Origin: a virus
Lineage: Duplodnaviria > Caudoviricetes
DNA length: 56,735 nucleotides
IMG/VR virus record: IMGVR_UViG_3300027869_000003
Coordinates: 1-56,735 of that record
Strand: one strand, 5' to 3'
The notes under the pieces are model-generated. The model had not been told where the DNA came from. It searched no databases and saw nothing but the letters and a program-made list of their open reading frames with translations. A program made the translations under genes and the position numbers. Positions 1 through 8,956 of the stretch are shown here, piece by piece. How positions within the stretch are numbered: position 1 is the first letter of the stretch; the number at the start of each line of letters is the position of its first letter.

Positions 1-127
1 ATGGAACTCGACACCAAGTGCGGTCAGTTGCGCCCTCAGTTCCTCGACCTCATCCGCTTCGCTGACCGCCGGCCGGGCGACCTGCGCCCGTAGCGCCTCG
101 ATCTCGGCCTGCATGGCGGCCATCTTG
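1..127. repeat. 127-bp terminal direct repeat (copy 1); circular-assembly overlap
   Basis: 1-127 is identical to 56609-56735; a CDS reads in frame across the join. Confidence 0.95.
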
Positions 128-588
128 CGAAGGTTAGCGAGTTCCGCTTCCAACTTCGCCATGTCATCGCCCGGCGCCGGCGCGTCGAGCGCATCGCCGA
201 GTTCCCGACGCAGGCGCACCGCCGACCATTTCGGATCGGCGGGGATGCCCAGGTTCCGCGCCCGCTGAATCAGGCCCTGGCGTTCGTCCTCCATCTGCGC
301 GGACGTCTTGCCGCCGGACAGAACGCGCTCTTCCTCTTCCTCGGAATTGACGATGATATCCTCGAAAACCTCTTTCCTCTCCGTCCAGGTGATCGAGCGC
401 TTGTCACACGTCTCCGTATGGCGCTCGACCTCCTGGACGCCGCGCGACAGCCGCACCATCCTCGGATACTCGTGGTAGACGTAGTCCGCCGCGAGCGTGC
501 CGGCTTCCTGCATTTTCGCGAGAGCGGCCTGAAAGACGCCGCCCTGCATCAAAAAGTTGGTCTGCGCTCGTGATGTGCTGCCGCTCAT
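1..588 (-). CDS. Hypothetical virion-module protein (5' part; ~217 aa in total, continues across the join to 56543)
   Basis: ATG at 588 overlaps the HNH stop (ATGA); MSGSTSRAQ... is in frame with MAAMQAEIE of ORF 56543..56731; not in the ORF track because it wraps. Confidence 0.85.
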   Translation of the reverse strand, partial: MSGSTSRAQTNFLMQGGVFQAALAKMQEAGTLAADYVYHEYPRMVRLSRGVQEVERHTETCDKRSITWTERKEVFEDIIVNSEEEEERVLSGGKTSAQMEDERQGLIQRARNLGIPADPKWSAVRLRRELGDALDAPAPGDDMAKLEAELANLRKMAAMQAEIEALRAQVARPAVSEADEVEELRAQLTALGVEFH

Positions 589-1109
589 TGGGGCTCCTGT
601 TTTGTCCTGGCGAACTCGCCAAATGCCGCGCGTGCGGCGGTTTCATAGGCTGCGGCAGCTTCTTCTGACGTGCCGAAGTAGCCAAGTTTTATGGCCTTGT
701 AATTCACGCAAATCTTGGCGAGCCATTTCTTGCGATCCGGCGCCCATGTGACGCCTTTGATGCCTGACTTGCTCTGCTTACGCGCCACTGAGTTGCTGCA
801 ATTCTGCGAATTCGTGGCCTCGCGGAGATTGGCGATGCGGTTGTCTGTTCGATCCCGATTGATGTGGTCGATGTAATCGGGAACAGGAGAACCGTACACG
901 TAAAACCACGCGAGTCTGGCTGCTCGATAGATGGTCCTGTCAAACGCTACGTAGTGATATCCATCCTTATACGTCCCGCCCGCTTCAGCGCCGGCCAACG
1001 CCCTTGCGCCGACCTTCTTGTTCCATGTGAAAATTCCGGTGTCAGGATCGTAAGATAGGAGTTCCATTAGCCTGTCGCGGTTGGGCATGTTAGCCCTGTA
1101 GTCAGCCAT
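585..1109 (-). CDS. HNH homing endonuclease with C-terminal AP2 domain
   Basis: LSYDPDTGIFTW, IDHINRDRTDNRIANLR (HNH), GIKGV..W.A.I....LGYF...EEAAAAY (AP2); start taken at ATGGCTGAC after a GAGGA RBS. Confidence 0.9.
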   Translation of the reverse strand: MADYRANMPNRDRLMELLSYDPDTGIFTWNKKVGARALAGAEAGGTYKDGYHYVAFDRTIYRAARLAWFYVYGSPVPDYIDHINRDRTDNRIANLREATNSQNCSNSVARKQSKSGIKGVTWAPDRKKWLAKICVNYKAIKLGYFGTSEEAAAAYETAARAAFGEFARTKQEPQ

Positions 1110-1199
1110 AGCCTGTGTCCTCAGGTGAAAGGTTAGGGGCGCGGCCAGCACGCCAATGCTGGCCTGTCCCGAACCTAACAAACCCTGAGAATGTGTCAA
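1110..1199 (-). promoter_or_regulatory. Putative promoter (TTGACA) plus structured leader of the HNH gene
   Basis: TTGACA at 1199-1194; hairpin GGCCAGCA/TGCTGGCC 1143-1164; CCCTAACC; architecture shared with 50552-50648. Confidence 0.6.
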
Positions 1200-1218
1200 C
1201 AAGTAAATTGAAGTATTC

Positions 1219-2424
1219 TCAAACAATATCGGGGATTACGACGGCCCATTCAGGCCGCATCCAAAGAACTCCCCAAACAACGTCGAGCCTTGTGCCAGTA
1301 ACGCCGGTCCCGATGATGTATTGTCTCGTCATCAACATTGACACACCATCCAACTCATGTCGAGCGGCTTCCACATTTGGCGGAATTTCGAGGTCTGCCG
1401 TCGCCATCGTTATTGCATCGGGGGTGAACGCAATATTTTTCCTATATACCGCGCTCGCGGGCGACACCAGCGTGATGACCGCGCTGTTGGCGGGCGAAAT
1501 ATCCACCGTCTGATACTGCACATCCTGGCCACCGCTCGCCGGGATCAGCGGCGGATAGATGCTCAGCGACGTGCCGCCGCTCGCCACGTCCGCGAGGACG
1601 ACGAACTGGCGCAACTGGCCGTAGGACTGCTTCTCGATCCGGTTCACACCGTTGACGGAGGCGAACGTGATGATGTCGCCCTTTTTCAGCGTGCCAGTAA
1701 TCGCGTTCGTCGTGATCGTGGTGCCGGTCTGGCTCGCGCCGTTGACGGTGCCGGCGGAGAACGTGCCCGCCGTGTGCATCAACACGGTCTGATCTTTCAG
1801 CCAGTCGAAACCGAGCGCGTTTTTCACAGCGCCGCTACGATACTGCTCGCTGATATCCGCGGACGGGTTGAACAGGCCGGACAACGCGCCTGCGATGCGA
1901 GCGTCGGTGAATGGGTTCACCACGAGGCGGTGGTTCATCATCGGCGCCGACTGCGTGTCGAGGATCGCGTTCGCCGTCAGGATCGTGTTGACGGACGGCG
2001 AGATGATCGCGCCGGCGGCCTCGTTGTCGACGTAATTACAAACGCCGCCTTCGGCGCCGCTCATGATGCCCACCGCGACTTTGCCGGCCAGATTGTTGAC
2101 GGCCGGAGCGATGTAGCGTTCCGCGAAGTCGTCGACCTGCAACGTCAGTTCGATCTGCGGGAACGACATGCCGACGTTGTTCTGCGTCGCGAGCGTCAGG
2201 GTGATGCTGTTCTCAACGGTGTCCTGGAATGACACGGACTGCCCGGTGCCGACGGTGAAATCGACCGGCAAGCGGATACGCAGCGATGAGCCGATCTTGG
2301 CGCCGGTGCGGGCGTATTGGTCATCGTACTGAGTTGAGATGTTACGCATGAAAGCGTTTGTGTTCTTCCAAAGTCGAACGGCGACTCGGGTCACGAGATC
2401 GATAGTCAAAAGTTTGTCGGCCAC
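1219..2424 (-). CDS. Major capsid protein, P22 coat (gp5) family
   Basis: 401 aa; AKIGSSLRIRLP, DDFAERYIAPAVNNLA, TRLDVVWG..RPEW typical of P22-type coats; follows the scaffold; GGAG RBS. Confidence 0.92.
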   Translation of the reverse strand: MADKLLTIDLVTRVAVRLWKNTNAFMRNISTQYDDQYARTGAKIGSSLRIRLPVDFTVGTGQSVSFQDTVENSITLTLATQNNVGMSFPQIELTLQVDDFAERYIAPAVNNLAGKVAVGIMSGAEGGVCNYVDNEAAGAIISPSVNTILTANAILDTQSAPMMNHRLVVNPFTDARIAGALSGLFNPSADISEQYRSGAVKNALGFDWLKDQTVLMHTAGTFSAGTVNGASQTGTTITTNAITGTLKKGDIITFASVNGVNRIEKQSYGQLRQFVVLADVASGGTSLSIYPPLIPASGGQDVQYQTVDISPANSAVITLVSPASAVYRKNIAFTPDAITMATADLEIPPNVEAARHELDGVSMLMTRQYIIGTGVTGTRLDVVWGVLWMRPEWAVVIPDIV

Positions 2425-2594
2425 GGCCTTCTACTCCAACTGTATTTGGATATGACCAGACTTGTCTCACCAGCATAGGTTCTTGATTTGTCTGACCTTC
2501 ATACAGCCGTGGCGGAAACTTAAAATAACCATCACGCACACCAGCCCAGGCACGTCATCAACGGCTAAACCGGCCGGATCGGGAATGATTTCTA

Positions 2595-2623
2595 TTGTCA
2601 CTACGCATATTGCGTATTAACAA
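2595..2623 (+). promoter_or_regulatory. Putative promoter with palindromic operator for the GIY-YIG gene
   Basis: TTGTCA-17 nt-TAACAA; spacer holds the perfect inverted repeat TACGCA-TAT-TGCGTA. Confidence 0.5.
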
Positions 2624-2629
2624 TAAGGA

Positions 2630-3379
2630 ATGACCAGAAAACACGAACTAAGCATCCCTGGAATTTACACCATCACCCACACAGCCTCCGGAAAGGTCTA
2701 TGTGGGCCAGTCAGATCGTATTCGACGGCGATGGATGTCCCACCGCGGGAGCCTGAAGAAAGGCACACATCGAAACTTTCTGCTTCAACGCGCATGGAAT
2801 GCCCACGGCGCTGATGCTTTCGTTTTCGCGGTGTATATCGATCTCAGTCACGTGTCTCCGGATCAACTTACCGAAGCTCTTAATGCCGCTGAACGACAGG
2901 CGCTGCTCGACTTCCCCAAGTCGTACAACCTGATGGAAGCGGGAGACAGAGGACCGTCCGCCAGCAAATCCACCCGTGAATTGTGGTCCAGACAGCGATT
3001 GGAAATGTGGGCTAAGCCCGGCGCCAAAGAACGAGCGAGCAAAGCCACGAAAGCACTGTACGCTGATCCTCAGTGGAAAGCCGCGCGAGATGCCGCTATG
3101 AAAGAAGGCAAGAACACGGCCGAGGTCAAAGCCGCTGTATCCGCGCACATGACGGAACTCTGGCAGACGCCGGAACATCAGGCCGCCATGTCCGCTGCCC
3201 GCACAGCCAACTGGAAAGATCCAGAATACCGCGCGAAGCAAAAAGAATCCCGGTCCGCGGTATGGCAAGATCCAGTCAAACGACAGCGCCGCATTGATGG
3301 ATTGAAAGCCGCATGGATCATCCGGCGAGCACGAGAGGAAGAAAAGTTGAAAGCGTGGCAAAAAGAACTCGGCATCTAG
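2630..3379 (+). CDS. GIY-YIG homing endonuclease with helical (NUMOD3-like) repeats, antisense to the head operon
   Basis: GIYTITH...VYVGQS..IRRRW..H...H.N..LQRAWN; C-terminal W-x-x-P repeats. Confidence 0.9.
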   Translation: MTRKHELSIPGIYTITHTASGKVYVGQSDRIRRRWMSHRGSLKKGTHRNFLLQRAWNAHGADAFVFAVYIDLSHVSPDQLTEALNAAERQALLDFPKSYNLMEAGDRGPSASKSTRELWSRQRLEMWAKPGAKERASKATKALYADPQWKAARDAAMKEGKNTAEVKAAVSAHMTELWQTPEHQAAMSAARTANWKDPEYRAKQKESRSAVWQDPVKRQRRIDGLKAAWIIRRAREEEKLKAWQKELGI

Positions 3380-4152
3380 CGGGGGCGCCCGCCCAACGAC
3401 CGCGGCGCCTGTTTGTCCCACAACGCCGCCCACTCCTTCATGGACAACTTCTCATCGTAGATATCCGGCTCCGGTTCCACGGCGGGCGTCCGTAGTGGCG
3501 CGACCGGCTTTGGCGCACTGGACGCGCGTGGCGTCGAGGTTGTTTCCATTTTCGCGTCCAGCCTTCCCAGATGTGCCGCCATCGCGGCGGGGGATTTCTT
3601 CAGCAGCGCCACGACCTCGTCGCTGTCGTCAGCGAGCGCGGTGAAAATCTTCGCGGGGTTCGATGTCTCGGCCAACGCCTCGAGGAACGCCTGATTCCCC
3701 GTTGCCCCGAGCCCGGTGAGGATGTCCTTCGCGCTTTCCCACGCCTCGCGGCCGGCCTCCGTCTTGCCCGCCGTATCGATGTCGGTCAGCCGTTTGGCGA
3801 AGGCGCGCTGGCGGATCAGTTCGTCGGCAGCGGTCTCGATGTCCGCTGTCGCCGTGGCGCGCGGTGGCGTGGGTTGCTCGCCATTGCCGCCCCGCGTGGC
3901 CTGTAGCATAGCTTCAGCGGCTTGCGCGCGGCGCTCGGCCTCGGCGACCTCCGCCTCTTTCGCGGCCAGGCGCGCGGTCAGGTTGGCGACGTGGCGATCG
4001 GCCCGGCGCGGCTTTGGTTGCTCCGGTTCCGGCTCTGGCGCCGCGTCCTGTTCCGGCGCGGCCTCGGTCGAGACCGGGGGGATGATCTCGACGGGCGGCT
4101 CCGGAACAGGCGCGGATTCGATCGGCGGTTCGGCTTGCGTGGTTTCGCTCAT
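3376..4152 (-). CDS. Scaffolding protein
   Basis: Acidic/Pro-rich N-terminus, coiled coil, SSAPKPVAPL and SMKEW C-terminus; lies between portal and coat. Confidence 0.8.
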   Translation of the reverse strand: MSETTQAEPPIESAPVPEPPVEIIPPVSTEAAPEQDAAPEPEPEQPKPRRADRHVANLTARLAAKEAEVAEAERRAQAAEAMLQATRGGNGEQPTPPRATATADIETAADELIRQRAFAKRLTDIDTAGKTEAGREAWESAKDILTGLGATGNQAFLEALAETSNPAKIFTALADDSDEVVALLKKSPAAMAAHLGRLDAKMETTSTPRASSAPKPVAPLRTPAVEPEPDIYDEKLSMKEWAALWDKQAPRSLGGRPR

Positions 4153-4168
4153 GTGTGTCCTTCAGTCG

Positions 4169-5311
4169 TCACGGCTGGTCCCCGCCGGATGGGGTTTGGT
4201 TTTGAACAGACGCCGCGCCAGCGCCGCCCGCCATCAGGCCGGCGATGCCGTATTTGCGGATGATGTTCATGATTTCGGGGCTGAAGACGACGGTGTTGCG
4301 GCTGCCCTCGCCCGCGCCGCGGCTGCCCGCGTCGAGGTAGCGAATGCCGGGTATGCCCGCTTCATGAAGTGCCTGCGCCGCGCCTGTAATCGACTGTTTG
4401 ACCGCCTTCCCCGCCGGGATTTCATAAAACGTCGGATCGCCGTTCATCCGTGAGTGTGCGTCGGCGAGGTCTTTGTAGAATTGCTGTCCCGTGGCTACCT
4501 TGCGGGCGGCCACACCATCTGGGTTATCCAACGCGACACGCGAAGCCCCTTGGATGTTTGCTCTCACTTCCGGTGATAATTTCGCCAACGCATCCCGCAC
4601 ATGCTGGCTTTGCTCGCTCAGCGGCTTGTCCCAATCCAGAAAGTGCGCGGGATCGGCGTTGACCTGGACCTCGTACATGTGACCGGGGTTCGCGCGCCTC
4701 GCATCAGCCAGCGCCGATTCGGCGGCGGCTATTCTGTCATGCGCGGCCTGCGACCCGTCAAAGTTGTAATGAGCGTCGTTGAACTCTTTTTCCGCCGCCT
4801 GATATGCCGGACTTCCCTGGCCTTGCAGCGCGTCACGATATTCGCGCGCCACAGCCTCATTGTCCGCGAAGTACATTCCGTGGCCGTAAGCCTGCGCGCC
4901 CTCGCCGGTGCCAATCTTGGAAGCGTCAAACTGATCGAACAAGTGCGGCGAGCCGTGGAACGCGCGGAAGCCACCACCGCTCGGCCCCACGCCACCCATC
5001 GCCATCGCCATGTCGATCGCGTTCTCTGCGTGCTGCTGGCCCTCGGCGGTCAACTGGCCGGACCAAGGATCAACATATCGTGACACCGGCTCGGCCGCCA
5101 TCTGGCCTGTCGTCGGCATCGTCCCGGGCGCGATTTCGTTCTGCAACGGCGTGGCGCTTGTCAACGATTGCCCGTAGGGCGCAGGCTGCGCCTGACCCAT
5201 CGCCTGCCAGCGCGCGAGTTGGTCCTGTAGCGACGTCTGCCCGGGCCACCATGCCGGCGCGAGCGGTTGCGTCAGCCAGTCGCGGTTCGTCTGCAAGGGG
5301 TTACGCGCCAC
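4169..5311 (-). CDS. ADP-ribosyltransferase-like (ART-PolyVal-type) domain protein
   Basis: AFHGSPHLFDQFD..IGTGEGAQAYGHGMYF..VAREY, MYEVQV, LDWDKPLSEQ, GIPGIRYLD, VVF. Confidence 0.65.
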   Translation of the reverse strand: MARNPLQTNRDWLTQPLAPAWWPGQTSLQDQLARWQAMGQAQPAPYGQSLTSATPLQNEIAPGTMPTTGQMAAEPVSRYVDPWSGQLTAEGQQHAENAIDMAMAMGGVGPSGGGFRAFHGSPHLFDQFDASKIGTGEGAQAYGHGMYFADNEAVAREYRDALQGQGSPAYQAAEKEFNDAHYNFDGSQAAHDRIAAAESALADARRANPGHMYEVQVNADPAHFLDWDKPLSEQSQHVRDALAKLSPEVRANIQGASRVALDNPDGVAARKVATGQQFYKDLADAHSRMNGDPTFYEIPAGKAVKQSITGAAQALHEAGIPGIRYLDAGSRGAGEGSRNTVVFSPEIMNIIRKYGIAGLMAGGAGAASVQNQTPSGGDQP

Positions 5312-5314
5312 GGC

Positions 5315-5719
5315 TCAATGCAACGTGCTCGGAATACTGGCGTTCGCTTCCGCCACGTAGCGGTTGGCACGCAGGTCGGTGTCCTTCACCAGCGCATCCG
5401 CGATCTCGTCCTTCTGCTTACGCGGCATCACGTCGTCAGGCAGCGCCAGGCAGTCCGTGAGCGCGCGCCGCGCGTCCTCCAGTAGCCGGGGCGCGACGCG
5501 CTCGACAAACACAAGCCGCGCGGCCTTCTCAGTGATCTGACCCTGCGCCCGGATCGCCTTGTAAAAAGCGTTATCAGCCGCGAAGGACTCGAAATATTCC
5601 TCCGCCATCTTCACGGCGCACTCAGCGACCATGCGGTGTGCGTTCAGGCCGGTGTTGGTGCCGGAGACGCGCGACAGTTCGGCGGTTTTGCGGCCGATGT
5701 GCGGGCGTTTTAGGGTCAT
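5315..5719 (-). CDS. Hypothetical protein
   Basis: 134-aa ORF coupled (ATGA) to the upstream gene in the head operon. Confidence 0.75.
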   Translation of the reverse strand: MTLKRPHIGRKTAELSRVSGTNTGLNAHRMVAECAVKMAEEYFESFAADNAFYKAIRAQGQITEKAARLVFVERVAPRLLEDARRALTDCLALPDDVMPRKQKDEIADALVKDTDLRANRYVAEANASIPSTLH

Positions 5720-6030
5720 ACCGGGAACTTCGTGAAATCTCCGCCAAGCATCCGACGATCGCCAGGCACAACGCGCGTCCAGTCGTGCGGCACGGACTTT
5801 ACCGCGTCGATGTTCAGCTTGCGGACCACGCCCGCGGCAGCCTCATAGAGTGCCCGCCAGTGCGCCGCTTCCTGCCGTGCCGCGTCACGCTCGGCGATGG
5901 CATGGGCGCGGAGGTTCATGGCGGCGGTCAGTTCGTCGTCGAGTATAGCCGTTGCGCCGCCTGCTGTACTTTCCCAGATCCTAACCGCGACTTTGTTCAA
6001 CATGTCGATGGTCAGCACCTTATCGGACAC
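5716..6030 (-). CDS. Small protein with a capsid-N-terminus-like first 22 aa and a coiled coil
   Basis: GTG start with AGGAG RBS; MSDKVLTIDMLNKVAVRIWEST vs coat MADKLLTIDLVTRVAVRLWKNT. Confidence 0.75.
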   Translation of the reverse strand: MSDKVLTIDMLNKVAVRIWESTAGGATAILDDELTAAMNLRAHAIAERDAARQEAAHWRALYEAAAGVVRKLNIDAVKSVPHDWTRVVPGDRRMLGGDFTKFPV

Positions 6031-6104
6031 AGAACGAACTCCTGTTGTATTTACTCCGCGGCATTACCCTAACTCACCTGCGATGGTTCTTGAACCATGG
6101 TCCA

Positions 6105-8312
6105 TCACATCCCCCCTGGCTGCGCCGCTTGCTGGCCTACGTCGGGCACGCGCACCGGCAACGCACCCGTGGCACCCGGCGGTCCCTCGGCGCTCGTGGA
6201 CTGTTCCAGGCCACCGCGTAGGCTCGCCACGATCGGGCCAAGATTGTCCTGCAACGCCTGGCGCACGGTCTGCGCGATAAGCGCCTGCATGGCCACCGGA
6301 TCGGCCGGGATCATGTCCTTGACCACCGCGAGCCGCTTCGTGTCGGCATCGAATGCGTCGATCGTATTGTCGCTGTCCTTGGCCTTGACCTTCAACCGTT
6401 CCTCGGTCAGCGCCTGCATGGCCTCCGCGAGCAGCTTCTCGGTGTTCATCCCTTTGGCCTGGGCGACCTGTAGCGCCTTCTGCAACTCGGTCATCGCCGC
6501 CTGCGCCTGCGGATCCAGGCCGGGCTTCAGCCGCTCGGCCATCTCGTCGGCGAGCGGGAAATCGGCAACTTTGAACAGCAGGTCGCCGATCTTGTTGATG
6601 AGTTCCGGCGCCTGAGTCAGGATTTGCACGATCGCGTTGAACGCCTCCTGGCGCTGCGTGGCGTAATCAGGCCCAACATCCGATACGACCTCATAATTGC
6701 CGATGTTCGGGTTGAAAATGCGCGTGATCGCGTCGCCAATCCGCTTCTCGCGATGTGCTTCAGGCGAGTTCGGATCAATCTGAACCTCTTCCTCTTCGTC
6801 CTTTGCGTTGATGATCTTGGCGACGCGCTGCGTGTCGTAAATGACCGGTATCCATTCCTTGATTATCGTGCCCTGCCGGCGGATGGCGAGCGCCTGATTG
6901 TCGAGGAAATGATAGGTCGCCCGGTCTCCCTGACGCTGACGCTCGTTGATAGCCTTGCCGCTGCGCTCGTTGCCGGGCTGGCCCATCGTGGCCTCATACT
7001 GGCCGGACGCGCTCTGCATGAACTGCTGCGCGAGTTGCACGCCCTCCATGTAAACCGGGGCTGCGGTCGGCGGCTGCATCTTGGTCGGAGGCGGTATTTC
7101 CTTTCCCTCTTCGTCACGATGCACCCACGGAATAACACCGTGATTGACCACGTTCGATGTCGTGTAATACGTCATGTAATCGCCAATCGCGGCGACCGGC
7201 GCCAGCCACGGCGACTTGCTTTGCAGCGCGCCATACTCGATCGACGCGGACCAGTTGTAATTCAGCATCCGCTGCGCGTCGATCATGCCGCGCGTGTGCG
7301 AAACGCGATCGAGCCGCTTGTCGATCAGCGTGATGCGCCCGTTCCATGGGATGATCGGCACGCATGTTCCGGGCAGATCGTCCGGTTCGCCGACCACATC
7401 ATTGCCGATTATGAGGTAGCATTTGACCTTTTTGCGGATGACATCGCGGCGGCGGAGTTTCTTGCCCTGTTCCTCCGCGTCATCCTCCCACTGACGGAAC
7501 AATTTCGCCGGCACGTCCGAGCGATAGACGGTCACGCCCTCGTCATCGCACACGAGTTCGTCTTTCTCTTCCTCGACCTCGTAATAGCGGCACTCGCGCA
7601 CATGATCGTCGCGGATCCAACCGGAATCGTGACCGTCAACCGCGTTGGCGACGGTCAGGCGGTTTTCGAGTTCCGGATATTCCTCGATGACCTCATCTTT
7701 CGGGCGGTCGCTGAACACGAACCCGTAGCGTGCGCCGGTGCCGTCCGGTTCCTCGCAATCACAATCCAGCATCACACCCATCGGGTTTTTCACCGACGAT
7801 ATGATGATTTCCTGGTCCATCGCTTCCGGGCCAGGCGTCGGGTCAGGCGTGACATAGCGGGATTCGATGATCGTGTAACCGAGCCCGGCGTCGACCTGGA
7901 ACTCGATCGCCATGCCTTGCGCCATCTGCGCGTTGCTGATGTTGGCGATGTTGCGGTACATGCCCTCGTAGACCTCGGCGGCGGCCTGTGTGGCACCGGC
8001 ACCGGTCGGGCGGTATTTGACGCTCGCCTTGTTTTGCTTCGCGTCGTTGATGATGTGCAGGTTTCGCACGCGCGTTTCGTTGACGGTCAGCGACGGTCGC
8101 GAGCCACGATCTTTGTAGACCTCAGCCGGCCATTGCCATGTGTTGTAAGCGTCGCCGTTGACGAAGCGAAGATCGCTGGCCCAATTCGAGCGCGCGGAGG
8201 ACTCCCAATCGCGGCATTTGCGCCAGCGGCGGTGCGCGCGATTGACCACGTCCTGATATTTACGCCCGCCGACTGATTGGATTTCGTCGTCGCTGTCGAG
8301 AGTGGAGGACAA
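6105..8312 (-). CDS. Portal protein, P22 gp1-like
   Basis: 735 aa; DLRFVNGD..QW, RPSLTVN, DAQRMLNY, NERSGKAINERQ, GPDYATQRQEA. Confidence 0.93.
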   Translation of the reverse strand: MSSTLDSDDEIQSVGGRKYQDVVNRAHRRWRKCRDWESSARSNWASDLRFVNGDAYNTWQWPAEVYKDRGSRPSLTVNETRVRNLHIINDAKQNKASVKYRPTGAGATQAAAEVYEGMYRNIANISNAQMAQGMAIEFQVDAGLGYTIIESRYVTPDPTPGPEAMDQEIIISSVKNPMGVMLDCDCEEPDGTGARYGFVFSDRPKDEVIEEYPELENRLTVANAVDGHDSGWIRDDHVRECRYYEVEEEKDELVCDDEGVTVYRSDVPAKLFRQWEDDAEEQGKKLRRRDVIRKKVKCYLIIGNDVVGEPDDLPGTCVPIIPWNGRITLIDKRLDRVSHTRGMIDAQRMLNYNWSASIEYGALQSKSPWLAPVAAIGDYMTYYTTSNVVNHGVIPWVHRDEEGKEIPPPTKMQPPTAAPVYMEGVQLAQQFMQSASGQYEATMGQPGNERSGKAINERQRQGDRATYHFLDNQALAIRRQGTIIKEWIPVIYDTQRVAKIINAKDEEEEVQIDPNSPEAHREKRIGDAITRIFNPNIGNYEVVSDVGPDYATQRQEAFNAIVQILTQAPELINKIGDLLFKVADFPLADEMAERLKPGLDPQAQAAMTELQKALQVAQAKGMNTEKLLAEAMQALTEERLKVKAKDSDNTIDAFDADTKRLAVVKDMIPADPVAMQALIAQTVRQALQDNLGPIVASLRGGLEQSTSAEGPPGATGALPVRVPDVGQQAAQPGGM

Positions 8313-8314
8313 GG

Positions 8315-8482
8315 CTACTTCTTGCCCCGTTTCCTGACCGCCGCGTTAGCGATCCTGATGGCCTCACCATCGCTTCCGGTCTTCTTCAGCACGGCATCAG
8401 CGGTCGCGGCCCATTGCTTCTTGGCGGCGGGCGACTTCGCTTTCTTCGTGTGCGACGCGGCCTGATCTGGCTTCCAGGGCAT
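8315..8482 (-). CDS. Small basic ChaB/YdaT-like protein (55 aa)
   Basis: Own translation: MPWKPDQAASHTKKAKSPAAKKQWAATADAVLKKTGSDGEAIRIANAAVRKRGKK. Confidence 0.65.
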   Translation of the reverse strand: MPWKPDQAASHTKKAKSPAAKKQWAATADAVLKKTGSDGEAIRIANAAVRKRGKK

Positions 8483-8700
8483 CAGCCGTGCCCGATCGCG
8501 GAGGACGTGTTCGCCGTGTTCACCGCCTGCCGCGCCGTCATCAACGTTTGCATCAGATCGTGGTGCTCCGTGCGGGCAAGCAGAACCAGCAGCGTGTTCG
8601 CCACGGCCAGCAACAGGCGGCGCTCGGCATCGGTCCTGTCGTCGTGCTCGCTCACCGCTTCGTCACCGTGTATCGGACGAATGCGCGGATTGCGATTCAA
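8482..8700 (-). CDS. Hypothetical protein
   Basis: 72-aa ORF in a tightly packed late-gene run. Confidence 0.55.
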   Translation of the reverse strand: MNRNPRIRPIHGDEAVSEHDDRTDAERRLLLAVANTLLVLLARTEHHDLMQTLMTARQAVNTANTSSAIGHG

Positions 8701-8956
8701 GCGCCTCGTCGATCATGGCGCTCCATCCTTCTTCGACAAAACCTTCGCATTGAGCATAACCGTTAAACTTGCTCATCATGGCCTCGGTCGGCTCGCGCAT
8801 CGCCTCAATAGCGAGTCGCGCCAACGTCAGAAACATCGTGTAATATGGTACTTTCTCATCATCTTCCGACAATACGATCGTATCTACCTCTATCCCCATG
8901 TAGTGTGCCTGCGGCGCGCACATCGCTTTCGCCACGCGATCCACCATCTCGCTCAA
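8663..8956 (-). CDS. Hypothetical phage protein (REPTEAM...WSAMID motif)
   Basis: Coupled ATGA start; motif shared with 14027..14290. Confidence 0.7.
   Translation of the reverse strand: MSEMVDRVAKAMCAPQAHYMGIEVDTIVLSEDDEKVPYYTMFLTLARLAIEAMREPTEAMMSKFNGYAQCEGFVEEGWSAMIDEALESQSAHSSDTR

Noticed and set aside
1110-1226. N-terminal extension of the HNH ORF to TTG 1226
   Set aside because: The segment holds the promoter and hairpin leader; ATG 1109 has an RBS and matches the start context of the 50649 gene.
6624-8276. 550-aa + strand ORF (also 1357..2232, 48828..50162, 51974..53086)
   Set aside because: Antisense shadows of the portal, coat, fibre and gp10 genes, typical of high-GC codon bias; no recognisable motifs.
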